From NCBI GenBank assembly GCA_034176395.1, contig JAXFUC010000011.1, positions 14,235 through 78,234 of the forward strand: a DNA stretch of 64,000 nt, read 5' to 3'. A program made the translations under genes and the position numbers. Within the stretch, counting starts at the first letter, position 1; each line of letters starts with the position of its first letter. Source of the stretch: Bacteroides sp. GTDB lineage: Bacteria > Bacteroidota > Bacteroidia > Bacteroidales > Bacteroidaceae. The notes below the pieces were generated by a model. That model was not told where the DNA came from. It saw only the letters and a program-made list of their open reading frames with translations, and did no database searches. Below are positions 51,175 to 62,200 of this stretch, in pieces.

Positions 51175-51654
51175 TTACTGCAAATGAGCCGGTAACTCAT
51201 CACCGACAGTGAAAGTGATAATATCCTTAGCCACAGCTTCATGCCCCTCGTTATAGATCCTCAATGTCAAGGTATAGCATCCATTAGGCAAGACCTTAAC
51301 GGCCTCTTGTGTCAGCAAAAGCATACTTCCTTGCAAAAAGATCTTGCCGAGCTTCACTTGTTCCAGAAACTTGGCTTGATCTCCTCCCTGCTCCACACGC
51401 ACACTAACAAATTCGTAGTTAATCGGTGCCGTACCGGCCACTCCTTGTATTTGAGACGATACCCATGGAGAATTATTGAGAGCACGATCGCTCGTGGGAT
51501 CCAAATGACGAGCCACATAAACCGTGTCGGGGGCATATGTTGCCGTGTCAATGCGCAAGTAGCCAACTTTCATGCGTTCGCACGAAGCGAACAAGAGCAT
51601 CGAGCAGAGCACAAGAAGCCCTACCGATCCATATACATTCTTTCGTTTCATCAT
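51175..51654 (-). CDS. Uncharacterised small lipoprotein of SusCD locus
   Basis: Lipobox FAS-C-ERMKVGYL, APDT, PWVSSQIQGVAGTAPINY; predicted beta-rich. Confidence 0.7.
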   Translation of the reverse strand: MMKRKNVYGSVGLLVLCSMLLFASCERMKVGYLRIDTATYAPDTVYVARHLDPTSDRALNNSPWVSSQIQGVAGTAPINYEFVSVRVEQGGDQAKFLEQVKLGKIFLQGSMLLLTQEAVKVLPNGCYTLTLRIYNEGHEAVAKDIITFTVGDELPAHLQ

Positions 51655-51656
51655 AA

Positions 51657-52280
51657 TTAAAAGTCGTTTAGGGTAAAACTATAATCCAATGAGTGTACCA
51701 CGCCTGTCAGCGTTGTAATATTACTGGAAGCCACCACTGTTCGCTTTTGGGTAGCTTCCGAAACCAAATAAATCTGCTCGGGACCGGCCTCGGGAATCTC
51801 GTTGAAAGTTCCTTTGAAGGTGTACACCCATAATTCCTTGCCCGAAGCCATCTTCAGAAGTTCGCCACCCGTACCGATTATTTGCTCTGTATCCACCGAG
51901 GGTCGACCGGCCTTGAAGTCTATCAGAAACTTGCGCTCACCGAGGAGACAGTCTAATAACATTGTTCGACAAACATCTTTCGGAATATCCGTCACCTTCT
52001 CAAGATCATTTTCCAGGAGGTAACGACGTATGCTGTGATTCGTTGGGCCAAAGAAGGTGAAATTTGTTCCTCGACCTCCATCGAAGTAATCTTGCATTTC
52101 GGCGTGTGTAATCATCTCCATCAGCAAACTCCAATTATAGGAGTCTGTTGCGAAGTACCCCCACATCGTTGTATTGTGGTTCCCATTGGCCTCGCCCGTA
52201 TCTATGAGGTTATACTTGGTACAACCTTGCGTAACCGCCAAAATCACGCAGGCAACAAGTAGCAAAAATGTCTTCTTCAT
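51657..52280 (-). CDS. Fasciclin-like lipoprotein
   Basis: Lipobox QG-C-TKYNLIDTG; TFFGPTNHSI (H1-like) and SNITTLTGVVHSLD (H2-like) fasciclin boxes. Confidence 0.65.
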   Translation of the reverse strand: MKKTFLLLVACVILAVTQGCTKYNLIDTGEANGNHNTTMWGYFATDSYNWSLLMEMITHAEMQDYFDGGRGTNFTFFGPTNHSIRRYLLENDLEKVTDIPKDVCRTMLLDCLLGERKFLIDFKAGRPSVDTEQIIGTGGELLKMASGKELWVYTFKGTFNEIPEAGPEQIYLVSEATQKRTVVASSNITTLTGVVHSLDYSFTLNDF

Positions 52281-52298
52281 AACGTAGTGTTCTCTTGA

Positions 52299-53846
52299 TT
52301 AGTTAATATACTGAGCCCAATAGATTTTTTGTCTAATCACAGGATTGATCAAGATTCCGTCTTTGTAACGAGCCTCCTGGGGAACAGGAAGCACCAAAGC
52401 CCCATTGAGCACATCTTGATGAGTGAGTGTTTTGAATTTTCCTTCCAAGTCCGTGCGGAAGTAATTGTTACGAATGATGTCGAAGAATCGTGCGTCGTTC
52501 TCGCAAATGAATTCTTTCTCACGTTCGCGGAATATAGCCCGTTGCAAACCATCACTGTCTTTCTTTGCGTTGGGATATTCCGTGGCTTGGGCACGACGAC
52601 GAATTACATTCAGGTCATTCTGTGCTCGCATTTCCTCTCCAAGTTTCGCAGCACATTCGGCACGCAACAGATAAATATCCGCTAAACGCCAATACACATA
52701 ATCGGTATCCAAACTCCGTAGGCGTTTTCCGGAAGTTTCCGTTTGGTCTACGTCATAAATGGCATTACGAAACTTATAGGCCAGAGCATAAGTCTTAGTC
52801 CCACTGCTGTGTTCGGTGTTTGCTTCGTAAAAGAATGCTTGCTTACGAAGATCGGTTTCTTCATACATCTCGTCAATAGTGGATTTATACAGCCGTAGAA
52901 TCGTTTTTGACTCAATATCGCCAAGCAAAGCTGTCTCGTCTACGGGATAAGAAAGAAATTCTGAAGCTACAAAGTTGGGAGTTTGAGCATAGATGGAACG
53001 TCCCACATCGTAAATGAGCGAGAATACAACCTCGGGATGCGAGGTACTCGCTTTATTGAAGGCTCCCGTACAAAGCTCCTCCGGATTCTCTGCCAACTGA
53101 TAGTGACCCACCTGCTGATCAATCAACATCGTTGCGTATTCAACCGATTTACGATAAGCTTCCCGAGCATCGCCTGCAAATTTATACAATTCTATTACAC
53201 TGCCTTTCCATGCATACAAATGAGCCAAAAGAGCTGCACTCGAACCTTTCGAAGCATATTGCCGGTTCGTGATTGCTGCTCCATTTACGTCTTTCAGCTT
53301 ATCGTAAGTAGGCAATAGCTCCAATGCTTTCGAAGCATGGGCTATGGCGTGGTCAAGAACTGCGAGTTGGCTGGAAACATCGTACACCTTGATGGTTTTT
53401 GAGTCTTCCAAAATAGGCACCTCTCCGTAACGCTGTACCAAACACAAATAGGCCAACCCAAGAGCAAAGTGAGCCTGACCGGCGTGCGTATTATAACGTT
53501 CTTCATTCAGATTCTTGGTTCGAGAGATGTTGTCCAACAAGAGATGCGATTCGAAGATGGCTTTATACAGTCCACTCCAATCTTGAACACCGTTTACATA
53601 CTGAGGATTCCATCGGCGTACTTCCTGCCCCGACTGCAACTCATCAGCCAACACGCCGACCGAACGAAAAGCCAAATTATCGGCCACAGACGATAGAAGA
53701 TAGAATTGTATGGCAGAGGTTGTAGTATTCAACTCACGCTCGGTATCGAAAGAATTCGAATAAGTCAAACCATTCTCGGGCTGCAAATCAAGATTACAAG
53801 AACCAAGTAGTAAAAGCCCGGCAAAAAATATAAATATCTTTTTCAT
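52299..53846 (-). CDS. RagB/SusD family lipoprotein
   Basis: GS-C-NLDLQPE lipobox, YWRLADIYLLRAECAAKLG, LNVIRRRA, IFREREKEF. Confidence 0.92.
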   Translation of the reverse strand: MKKIFIFFAGLLLLGSCNLDLQPENGLTYSNSFDTERELNTTTSAIQFYLLSSVADNLAFRSVGVLADELQSGQEVRRWNPQYVNGVQDWSGLYKAIFESHLLLDNISRTKNLNEERYNTHAGQAHFALGLAYLCLVQRYGEVPILEDSKTIKVYDVSSQLAVLDHAIAHASKALELLPTYDKLKDVNGAAITNRQYASKGSSAALLAHLYAWKGSVIELYKFAGDAREAYRKSVEYATMLIDQQVGHYQLAENPEELCTGAFNKASTSHPEVVFSLIYDVGRSIYAQTPNFVASEFLSYPVDETALLGDIESKTILRLYKSTIDEMYEETDLRKQAFFYEANTEHSSGTKTYALAYKFRNAIYDVDQTETSGKRLRSLDTDYVYWRLADIYLLRAECAAKLGEEMRAQNDLNVIRRRAQATEYPNAKKDSDGLQRAIFREREKEFICENDARFFDIIRNNYFRTDLEGKFKTLTHQDVLNGALVLPVPQEARYKDGILINPVIRQKIYWAQYIN

Positions 53847-53852
53847 GTTCGT

Positions 53853-56800
53853 TTAGAATTTGAAGTTTAATCCCACCGTCACTTTACGATTGAGGGGGTA
53901 TTGCTTACCATCATCGACTCCGCTTTCAAGAGATACGATTTCGGGATCCAAACCGGAGTAATTGCTCAACAAGAAGAGGTTCTCGGCAGAGAGGTAGATA
54001 TTTACTCCTTTCAGTTTGAATCTGTTGAGAAAATTCTCAGGCACCTTATAACTAAGTGTCAGCATTTTGAGACGCAAGAAATTTACATTCTCAATGTTAG
54101 AATCAATGTTTCCGTCAAATTGTCCAATATAATCGCTATCTGCATAAGCCAACGATGGGTAGTCCGCATTGTCCCCAGGCTTCTCCCAGAAAGAATAACC
54201 TCGATAGTCATTCTTTATCGTTCCGAAACCTTTATCGAAATTGAAAGCAGAGTTCTTCACCATATTCATCATCTTACGCCCTAACGTGTAGCTGAAGTGC
54301 AAAGACAAACTAAAGTTTCTCCAATCAAGGTATGTACTGATGCCTCCGTATGCAAGTGGCAACGTCGTGCCGGCATAGTAGCGGTCTTTATCGTCGATGA
54401 CACCATCGGAATTTTGATCCTTAATCTTCCGACCGCCTACACCGAGCTGGGCAGTTTCCGTTCCAAAGGCCAAAGGACGACGAACTCCTGATTTATTGTA
54501 GTAGTAAGGAATATCTTCCTCACGCTGAACAATCCCTTCATCTTGATAAGTGTAAATGCCATAGATGGGACGTCCCAATACCAAATGCTTAACATCTTCA
54601 CCGGCATACGACTTGCGGAAGAGATTGCGATTGTGCGAAGCATTAAATCCCAGCGACCACTTCCAATCTCCCTTGTTCAAGATATCCGCCATCACCTCGA
54701 GCTCAATACCTTCATTGGAGATTGCCGAAGAGTTACTCCATGCCTTGTCTGCGATAAAGAAGTTACCCGGTAACGGTATCTCCATCAACAGAGCGTGTGA
54801 GTACTTATAGTAGTAGTCCAACTTGAAGCGCAAACGACTGTCCAGGAGATGTAAATCCAGACCAAGGTCATACTGATCACTCTTCTCCCACGTAAGTTTG
54901 TTGTTGGCCATAAACTCGGGCATCAGTGCCAGCGTACCCATAAAAGTGTTGGCTGCTGCCATTACTCCGAGCGCAAGGTATGCATCGGGGAATTTCTGTC
55001 CCGAACGTCCCCAAGAAGCCCGAAGTTTACCAAAGTTGAGCCACCACAAGTTTTTCATAAACTTCTCTTGCGAGAAAGCCCAACCTAACCCCATGGAAGG
55101 GAATAGCCCCCACCGAACGGCACTACCGAATACCGACGAACCATCGGCACGAATGGAGAACTCGGCCAAATAACGTTGCTTATAGTTGTAGGCCACACGT
55201 CCCAAATAGCTCTGCATAGCTTGTTCTTCTTTGTTATTGCTAAACTTCTGAAGAGCTATGTAGTTGTTATTGGCCTCATCGAGAAGTAAGGGATCTCCCC
55301 AGTCCTTTGCATAGGTGATATAATCTGTCGGGCCATTGCGTGCCTCACCGCCAAGTGTTCGCAAGAGATCCCTGTTGTAGGTGATGCCTGTCATAAAGTC
55401 CAGCACATGGCTATCTCTAATGCGCAATTCGTAATTGAGCAGGTTCTCAAATTGCAGCATCGTCATGCCAATGTGCGATTCATCGACCAACGAGCGCTTG
55501 TCATAGGCCAAGTAACTCGGCGTAAAGCGGTAGCTACGTGTGCTGTAGTGGTCAAGAGCTGCCGTAGAGCTGAAACGCAGCCCTTTCAAGATCTCATAAT
55601 TGAAACCTGCATTCAAGCGTATATTATAATTGCTGTTCTCCCGCTTAATGTCCAATAGCTTCTTACTTGCTTCCCGTTCAGCGATGGAACCCTTACCCGG
55701 TAGTAAGGTAGACGACGAAGTGGGGTCGAGCGTAAGTCCCTGTATTTTACCCATATCCTCGCCGGCATTCTTGTCCGTGTAAAAAAGGTTCGTGCGGAGG
55801 AAGGCGGTCAGACGTGGAGTCAAGTTGAGGTCGAGATTGCTGAGAAGACTAAAACGCTTAAAGCTCGAACTAAGCATGATACCCGTTTCATCGTAAAAGC
55901 CGGCATTGATCATATACTTGATATTCTCTTTACCCCCCGAAACCATGGCATCTGCTTTCGTCACACGTCCCACACGAAAAGCGTACTTCCACCAATTCGT
56001 TCTATTGTTATAAAAAGTATTCAACGAGTCTTGCACCATGCCCGGGAGTCGCTCTTCTTCGGACAGACGCAACCCATTGCGCCAAAGGTAGTCATAGGCT
56101 CCTTCGTAATTACCCCAACCCCACGAATCTCTATGGCTTTTGGGCATCACCACACGATTTGTCATTGCATCGTAATGTCCCAAGCGTTGCATCTTTGCCA
56201 AAAGCAGCGCAAAGTCGCGTTCGCCTTTACCCATGATCTGCACCGGCGTTTCAGGAAGCCACGAATAACTTTGTGAAACATTGACGCTAAACTCCGACTT
56301 ACCTGTTTTACCCTTCTTAGTCGTTATCAAGATAACTCCGTTTCCTGCACGCGATCCATAGAGCGAGGCAGAAGCTGCATCCTTGAGAACTTCCACCGAT
56401 TCTATGCTCGAGGGGTCTAAGCCGGCCAGCGTATTGATACCTCCCGTCTGCTCCGATGTTGTTGAAACCACCGGCACACCGTCTATCACAAACAAAGGCG
56501 ATCCGTCTATTTTAGCATTAGCCCCTCCGATGGAACTTAATCCACGTATGGTTATTTGCGAGCCACCTCCACCGGGCGTTCCCGACACGTTTGTCACCTC
56601 TACTCCTGCCATATGTCCTTGCAGCAGGTTCTCAATGCTTGCGCTGGGTGTATGCTGCAGCTTATCTGCCTTGACCGATGAAATAGATCCCACCAATTCT
56701 CTCACATTACGCTTACCATAGGCCACCACCACAACCTCTCCAAGATTTTGTGCCGTGGATTCCAACACAATTTTAAGGGGCTCGCCCACTTTATACGGAA

Positions 56801-57326
56801 TCACCCGTGTAGTGTAACCTATGCAACTCACTTGAATGTCTCCGCCGGTGGCATTGGTCACAAAACTGAACGTTCCATCATCCTTGGCAATCGCTCCCGA
56901 GGTCGTACCTTTGATAGCAATCGTAGCAAATGGAATAGCCTCTCCTTTGGAGTCAATAACCACCCCTTCGATGGTTTCTTGTCCTTGAGTGGCCGAGGCA
57001 GCAGAAGTAGAAACTTTAAAAACTTTAATGGCCCTACCTTCCACTGTATAAGTGAAAGGCGTATTCTTGAGCAATTGTTGCACCGCTTCGACAGCACTCA
57101 CTCTGTCGAGCGAAGCCGTGAGCGTCGTTTCATAACGCTTCACCTCGTCGGTATAGGTTACAAGAAACTTGCCTTGCTTAGCGATCATATCAAGCACAGA
57201 TGCCAAAGATTTATCCTTGAACGACAAGGATATGACAATCTCATCCTTGTTGCTTTGAGCATACAATCCTGACGACTGCAAGGCACTAAGCGCTAAGGCA
57301 ATTAAAGCTAAATAGAAATACCTCAT
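53853..57326 (-). CDS. SusC/RagA TonB-dependent transporter with STN domain
   Basis: Signal peptide, STN-like domain, VLKDAASASLYGSRAGNGVILITTKKG, QYPLNRKVTVGLNFKF. Confidence 0.95.
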   Translation of the reverse strand: MRYFYLALIALALSALQSSGLYAQSNKDEIVISLSFKDKSLASVLDMIAKQGKFLVTYTDEVKRYETTLTASLDRVSAVEAVQQLLKNTPFTYTVEGRAIKVFKVSTSAASATQGQETIEGVVIDSKGEAIPFATIAIKGTTSGAIAKDDGTFSFVTNATGGDIQVSCIGYTTRVIPYKVGEPLKIVLESTAQNLGEVVVVAYGKRNVRELVGSISSVKADKLQHTPSASIENLLQGHMAGVEVTNVSGTPGGGGSQITIRGLSSIGGANAKIDGSPLFVIDGVPVVSTTSEQTGGINTLAGLDPSSIESVEVLKDAASASLYGSRAGNGVILITTKKGKTGKSEFSVNVSQSYSWLPETPVQIMGKGERDFALLLAKMQRLGHYDAMTNRVVMPKSHRDSWGWGNYEGAYDYLWRNGLRLSEEERLPGMVQDSLNTFYNNRTNWWKYAFRVGRVTKADAMVSGGKENIKYMINAGFYDETGIMLSSSFKRFSLLSNLDLNLTPRLTAFLRTNLFYTDKNAGEDMGKIQGLTLDPTSSSTLLPGKGSIAEREASKKLLDIKRENSNYNIRLNAGFNYEILKGLRFSSTAALDHYSTRSYRFTPSYLAYDKRSLVDESHIGMTMLQFENLLNYELRIRDSHVLDFMTGITYNRDLLRTLGGEARNGPTDYITYAKDWGDPLLLDEANNNYIALQKFSNNKEEQAMQSYLGRVAYNYKQRYLAEFSIRADGSSVFGSAVRWGLFPSMGLGWAFSQEKFMKNLWWLNFGKLRASWGRSGQKFPDAYLALGVMAAANTFMGTLALMPEFMANNKLTWEKSDQYDLGLDLHLLDSRLRFKLDYYYKYSHALLMEIPLPGNFFIADKAWSNSSAISNEGIELEVMADILNKGDWKWSLGFNASHNRNLFRKSYAGEDVKHLVLGRPIYGIYTYQDEGIVQREEDIPYYYNKSGVRRPLAFGTETAQLGVGGRKIKDQNSDGVIDDKDRYYAGTTLPLAYGGISTYLDWRNFSLSLHFSYTLGRKMMNMVKNSAFNFDKGFGTIKNDYRGYSFWEKPGDNADYPSLAYADSDYIGQFDGNIDSNIENVNFLRLKMLTLSYKVPENFLNRFKLKGVNIYLSAENLFLLSNYSGLDPEIVSLESGVDDGKQYPLNRKVTVGLNFKF

Positions 57327-57353
57327 AGATTCTTCATTTTTAATAGTTCGAGC

Positions 57354-57380
57354 GACGAATGTACTAAAAAACCTTTACCC
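57354..57380 (-). promoter_or_regulatory. Possible ECF-type promoter (GGGTAA-N17-CGTC)
   Basis: Minus strand GGGTAAAGGTTTTTTAGTACATTCGTC, 28 bp upstream of the susC ATG; overlaps a TACATTCG housekeeping-like variant. Confidence 0.4.
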
Positions 57381-57655
57381 ACCCACCGAAGCGACATTTT
57401 TTTTGTAAAAAGAAGTATCCGAAACATAAAACCACAAGATCATACAACCGCATCTCATAGGTTTCGTCCACGAAGTTCTCATATCCGGTACGGCTACAAA
57501 GCATATTTCTTACAACCCTGTCGGCCTTCTATTCTCCTAAAGCCCCATAACAACATGGCGTAAGCTCCATCAAATGAAGTCGAAACCACCGGCTTCTGCC
57601 TCTTTCGATCGTCTATCTTTTCGGAAAAAATCCTATGCAGGACGTCCAATAACAG

Positions 57656-57685
57656 TCAAGGGCTACCTTAATGGGTGGCCCTTGA
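57656..57685 (-). terminator. Hairpin after SusD, possible terminator
   Basis: TCAAGGGCTACC / GGTGGCCCTTGA with one mismatch; weak T-run. Confidence 0.45.
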
Positions 57686-57760
57686 TTGTATCTCATCTCT
57701 TCTTGCAAGAAAGATGAGGTTTATCCAAAGAATTCGTCTAAACGACTCCCGTTTTCCCGA

Positions 57761-59197
57761 TTATCGGGTAACGTTCTGCTTCAAGGTTCCGTTACCGGGG
57801 TTACTCATTGCCTCATTGGGGAAAGGCATAATCCACAAATGGGAGTTGGGGTTCAATTTATAAATCGTCCCGTTGACCGTCTTGGTAAGGGTACGAGCAT
57901 ACTCCGGAGTTTTATTCAAACGGCGGTAGTCGCAAAACACCACAGAACTTTGAATATACTCATTGGCCTTGTCGTTTATAATCTTCTCAACAGCTTCTTG
58001 GGTCGTCGAAGCAGTCCAGTCGGTGTAGTATTCCGGAAGAATACGCGTCTTACGGACCCGATTGACCAACTCCATGGCAGCCTCCAGATTAGCTGCTCCA
58101 CCTTGACGAGCCAAACATTCGGCCTTGATATAATACATCTCGGGGCTTCTCATTCCTCCTTTATTGGGTTCAAGACCATAAATACCGGCCTGATACTCAA
58201 TACCAGAAGCCGACACACGCCGCTTCCAGTGGGTCAACAGCCGTGTATCACCGGCCTCGAAGCGAGTAGCCCGCTCAGGAGGAAGGGCATATGATACATT
58301 ATTATTGCCTCGATACATATTCATCGAGCCGAAGTGGAAGAAATAATTCTCGGGATTGTTGCGTTCGGGGTTTCCATTCACTCCGACAGCATAATTCGAA
58401 GAACTCTCGTAGCGCGCACGATCGGCTTCGTAGAAAGCCACCCAATTGAACAACTGATCGTTTATCTCCAACGCCTTATTGGCATACACCAAGGCTTGAT
58501 CGTAATTGTTCATCGAGAGATGCGTGCGTGCCAACAATCCGTAAGCTGTCACCACGGTGGGATGGAACAGGCTTTCTCCCTCCTGCGGAAGGTGCGGAAC
58601 GGCGGCCTCCAAGTCGGACAAGATAAGCCGATAGACCTCCTCCAGCGTACCTTGGGGAGAGGGAGACGTTACCGAGGAAGAAGTCACCAAAGGAACAGCA
58701 AGCAGATGCTTGGTCGATTCCGTGTACTGATCGGCATAATAATTGACCAAATAATAATAGACCCATGCCCTAAGCACACGCCCTTGAGCCGTCAACATTT
58801 GACGTTTTTCCTCCGTGGCATCGGCTGCCGTGGGTGCCCCGTCGATGATTAAATTGGCATAAAACAACGCTTCGTAGGCATTGTAATATGCGTTTTTGTC
58901 CGTCGAGTTGATTTGTGTACGATCGACCTCTTCATTCCAAAAGTAATGAGCATTGGCCAGTTGATTGGAATTAAGTTGATTGGGCGTGTAGAATAAGTCA
59001 CCGACCAGGCAAAACATCTGATCCATCTCGAGGTAGTGCTTCTCGGTCGTCCTGATAAAAGCATTATAATCCTCCCAGGTCGTAGGGGTTTTCTGCCCTT
59101 TGGGGATTTCGTTCAAATAGTCATTGCATCCACACAGCACGATTGAAGAAGTCAGCAATGCGCTCCACGCCAGGACTTTTATTTTATCTATATTCAT
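57761..59197 (-). CDS. RagB/SusD family lipoprotein
   Basis: LCG-C-NDYLNEIP lipobox, AQGRVLRAWVYYYLVNYY, AYGLLARTHL, GMRSPEMYYIKAE; start MNIDKI. Confidence 0.92.
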   Translation of the reverse strand: MNIDKIKVLAWSALLTSSIVLCGCNDYLNEIPKGQKTPTTWEDYNAFIRTTEKHYLEMDQMFCLVGDLFYTPNQLNSNQLANAHYFWNEEVDRTQINSTDKNAYYNAYEALFYANLIIDGAPTAADATEEKRQMLTAQGRVLRAWVYYYLVNYYADQYTESTKHLLAVPLVTSSSVTSPSPQGTLEEVYRLILSDLEAAVPHLPQEGESLFHPTVVTAYGLLARTHLSMNNYDQALVYANKALEINDQLFNWVAFYEADRARYESSSNYAVGVNGNPERNNPENYFFHFGSMNMYRGNNNVSYALPPERATRFEAGDTRLLTHWKRRVSASGIEYQAGIYGLEPNKGGMRSPEMYYIKAECLARQGGAANLEAAMELVNRVRKTRILPEYYTDWTASTTQEAVEKIINDKANEYIQSSVVFCDYRRLNKTPEYARTLTKTVNGTIYKLNPNSHLWIMPFPNEAMSNPGNGTLKQNVTR

Positions 59198-59216
59198 ACG
59201 AATACATATTTGAAGA

Positions 59217-62200
59217 TTAAAAATTAAGATGAATACTTCCCACAAAGTTCGGGTTCTGCTTTCCGCCAAGTGCATACGAGGCTCTGCCGTCAAAGGCTAT
59301 CACGGCCAGATTTTCCACGATAAACTGCAACTTAGCATCTCTCAAAAACAACTTTTTGGTCAAAGTCTTGGGAAGATAATAGGCCAAGGACAAATTATTC
59401 ACCCGCAGATGAGAGGCATTGTACACAAACAGATCGGAAGCTCCATATAACTCGGAACGGTGTGTATTGTATTCTTGTCGGTTGTCGCTGAACAACAAAC
59501 GAGGAACTTGGGTTCTATTCTCGTCTCCGGCTTGCTGCCAACGCTTCAAGATGTCCTTATGCGTACTTACCACACGCCCGCTACCCATATTGATGGCAGG
59601 CACAAACGTATCACGCAATTTATGCCCGGCCAGCAATAGAAGTTGCAGCGAGAACTCCACGTCTTTGTAGCGCAACACATTGGTCAACGTACCGCTATGT
59701 GGAGGCACGCTCGTACCGCAATAAACAATTGCCTTGGAGTCTCTCACCGGCTGAGATGTCACATTGCCCTCGGCATCATATACCTGCGGTTCGCCCGTAG
59801 GACTCAATCCGGCCCATCGGTAAGCATAGATTCCATGCAACGGGTTTCCTTCCGTAGGAAAGCTGGTGGGATAACTCAAACGACTATTGTACTGAACGGC
59901 ATCAATGTGAATCTTCTTCACACGGTTGTAATTGAATGCATACAAACCGGTGGCATCCCAACGGAAGTCTTTGCTCTTCAATAAAGTTGCGTGCAAGGTC
60001 AGTTCCACTCCCCTATTCAGCATCTCACCGTTATTGGTTGTCAGCATGGAATATCCGAACCCCTGCGTGGGACTGCTATTTATGTAGGCTAGCAAATCGG
60101 TACTATACTTGTTGTAGTAATCAATGCTCCCATATAGCCTACCACGCAAGAACGAGAAGTCTACACCGAGATTGAACGTGGTGGTCTTTTCCCAACGGAT
60201 ATCTTTATTGGGAGGAGCGGTCACCGCACCAAAAAGGCCCGAAGAAAGGATGGCCGGATAGTAAGAAGCCACCAAATAGGGAGCAGTGTTGCGCCCTATA
60301 TTTCCTCCTATACCATAGGACATTCTGAGTTGCAAACGGTCCATAGCTTTCCAACGAAAGAAGGGTTCTTTATCCACATTCCAACTTCCACCCATCGACC
60401 AAACAGGCTTGTTTTGATACTTCGAGCTCGTTCCCCAAAGATTGGAACGGTCCCAACGGATGCTACCGGAAAGCGTATACTTGTCCAACAAAGAATAAGA
60501 AGCATTAGAGTAGAATGAAACGAAGCGATTGAGCAACTCACGCTGTGAGGTGTTGCTGCTGTACGAGAATTGTGCAGCTCCCAACAAGCCGGAGAAATAG
60601 GCCAATGAGGCCGCATTATAGGCCGGCCAATTGAGTAAGTCCGAATCATATCCGTAGCGCGTATTGTCTTGGTACTCCAATTTTGACTCACGCACCTCCT
60701 GTCCCAAAATCCAAGCCAAGCTGTGGGCTGTACCCAAATCTTTGGTGAGCGACAACTGATGACGCAGGTTATAGGAGCGGTTGCGTGTATCGGTAGTGGC
60801 CAGAACATCGCCCTCCGGCAAATTGTAAAACACCTTATCATTGACCAATGATGTGAAATTATTCAATGTAGACACCACATCATAGGCTTCTCGTTCGCGC
60901 AGCATCGAGGTCTTTCCTTCTCCGGTTTCATACTGAAACATAACGTGATACTTAGCCCATGGAGTCAAATCGAAGTTCAATCGTCCCGATGCTCTTGTTT
61001 CCAAGCTCTGCGTTTTGGATAGCTGACGACGAAGTTCATCCAACGGTGTCAGCACCTCTTCTCTCAATCCATAACGAGCAATCAACTCCCTGCGACTTGC
61101 ATCAATCTGCGATGGTGCAGCCACCGATGCTCCGGATTCATCGAACAACTCATCGTAGGGCAAGAATGAAAACCCGGGAGAGAAGACATCGAAGCTCTGA
61201 CCTTGCTCTTTGCCGTATTTGAGATAAACGTTCACATCTGCCTGCAACCAATCGGTAAGCTTCAAACTATTGGATAGATTAACACCCAGTTTCTTGTCGT
61301 TGCGAAAGATGTCCTCGTATTGATTGTCCCAATAGGTTGTCGAAAGAGCAAAGCTATTGCGATCCGTTCGATTGGCCAAGCGTATATTGTATTGGCGATA
61401 GATGGGGTTGCGCTTGGCACGTTCAACAGCCTGGTCGTAGTAACGATATCCCTTCGCGGCCAGTTCGTTCAATAACTTTTCTCCCTCTTCCATACCGATC
61501 TTTTGCGTGTACATATTCAGCAAAATGTCTATCCCCTTGGAAGGATAAGCACCGGTGGTTCGCAAGTCATCCGCAACAACCGATGCTCCGGCCACTCCGC
61601 TTTGTAACTGTTCGCTCTGAGCGGCCCACGCACGTTGCAGCCCCACCACATCGGCAGCATCCGTGCGATTGGCCACATAGTACGAGTAGGGTTGAAAGGC
61701 ATAAGAAGTGGACAAACTGATTTCGGTTTTACCCAAGGCGGCCTTCTTGGTCGTGATAACAATGACCCCATTGGCTGCTCGTGCCCCATAGATGGAAGCC
61801 GCTGCCGCGTCCTTTAACACAGTGACACTCTCAATGTCCTCGGGATTGAGTTCGGGAAACCGGTCGGTTGTTTGCCCCATTCGGTCAATACCTGTATTCT
61901 CTACCGGAAAGCCGTCGATGACCACCAGCGGATTGGCCACCGCACTCATAGTGGTGACACCTCGAATCTTACCATCGACATAGCCGGCCACCTGCCCTTC
62001 GAGTATGGAACCGAGGTTCTCCATGCGCCGTGTTTCAAACTTCTCCGCTTTCACCTGAGTAAACGCACCCGTGGAACGTTCCTTCGAAAGTGTTTGATAA
62101 CCCGTAACCATCACCTCATCGAGTTGTTCGCTATTGGCTTGCAGCACAACGCGTAATTCACGTTCCTGCGTTGCAACGACCTCTGTTGTCTTCATTCCTA

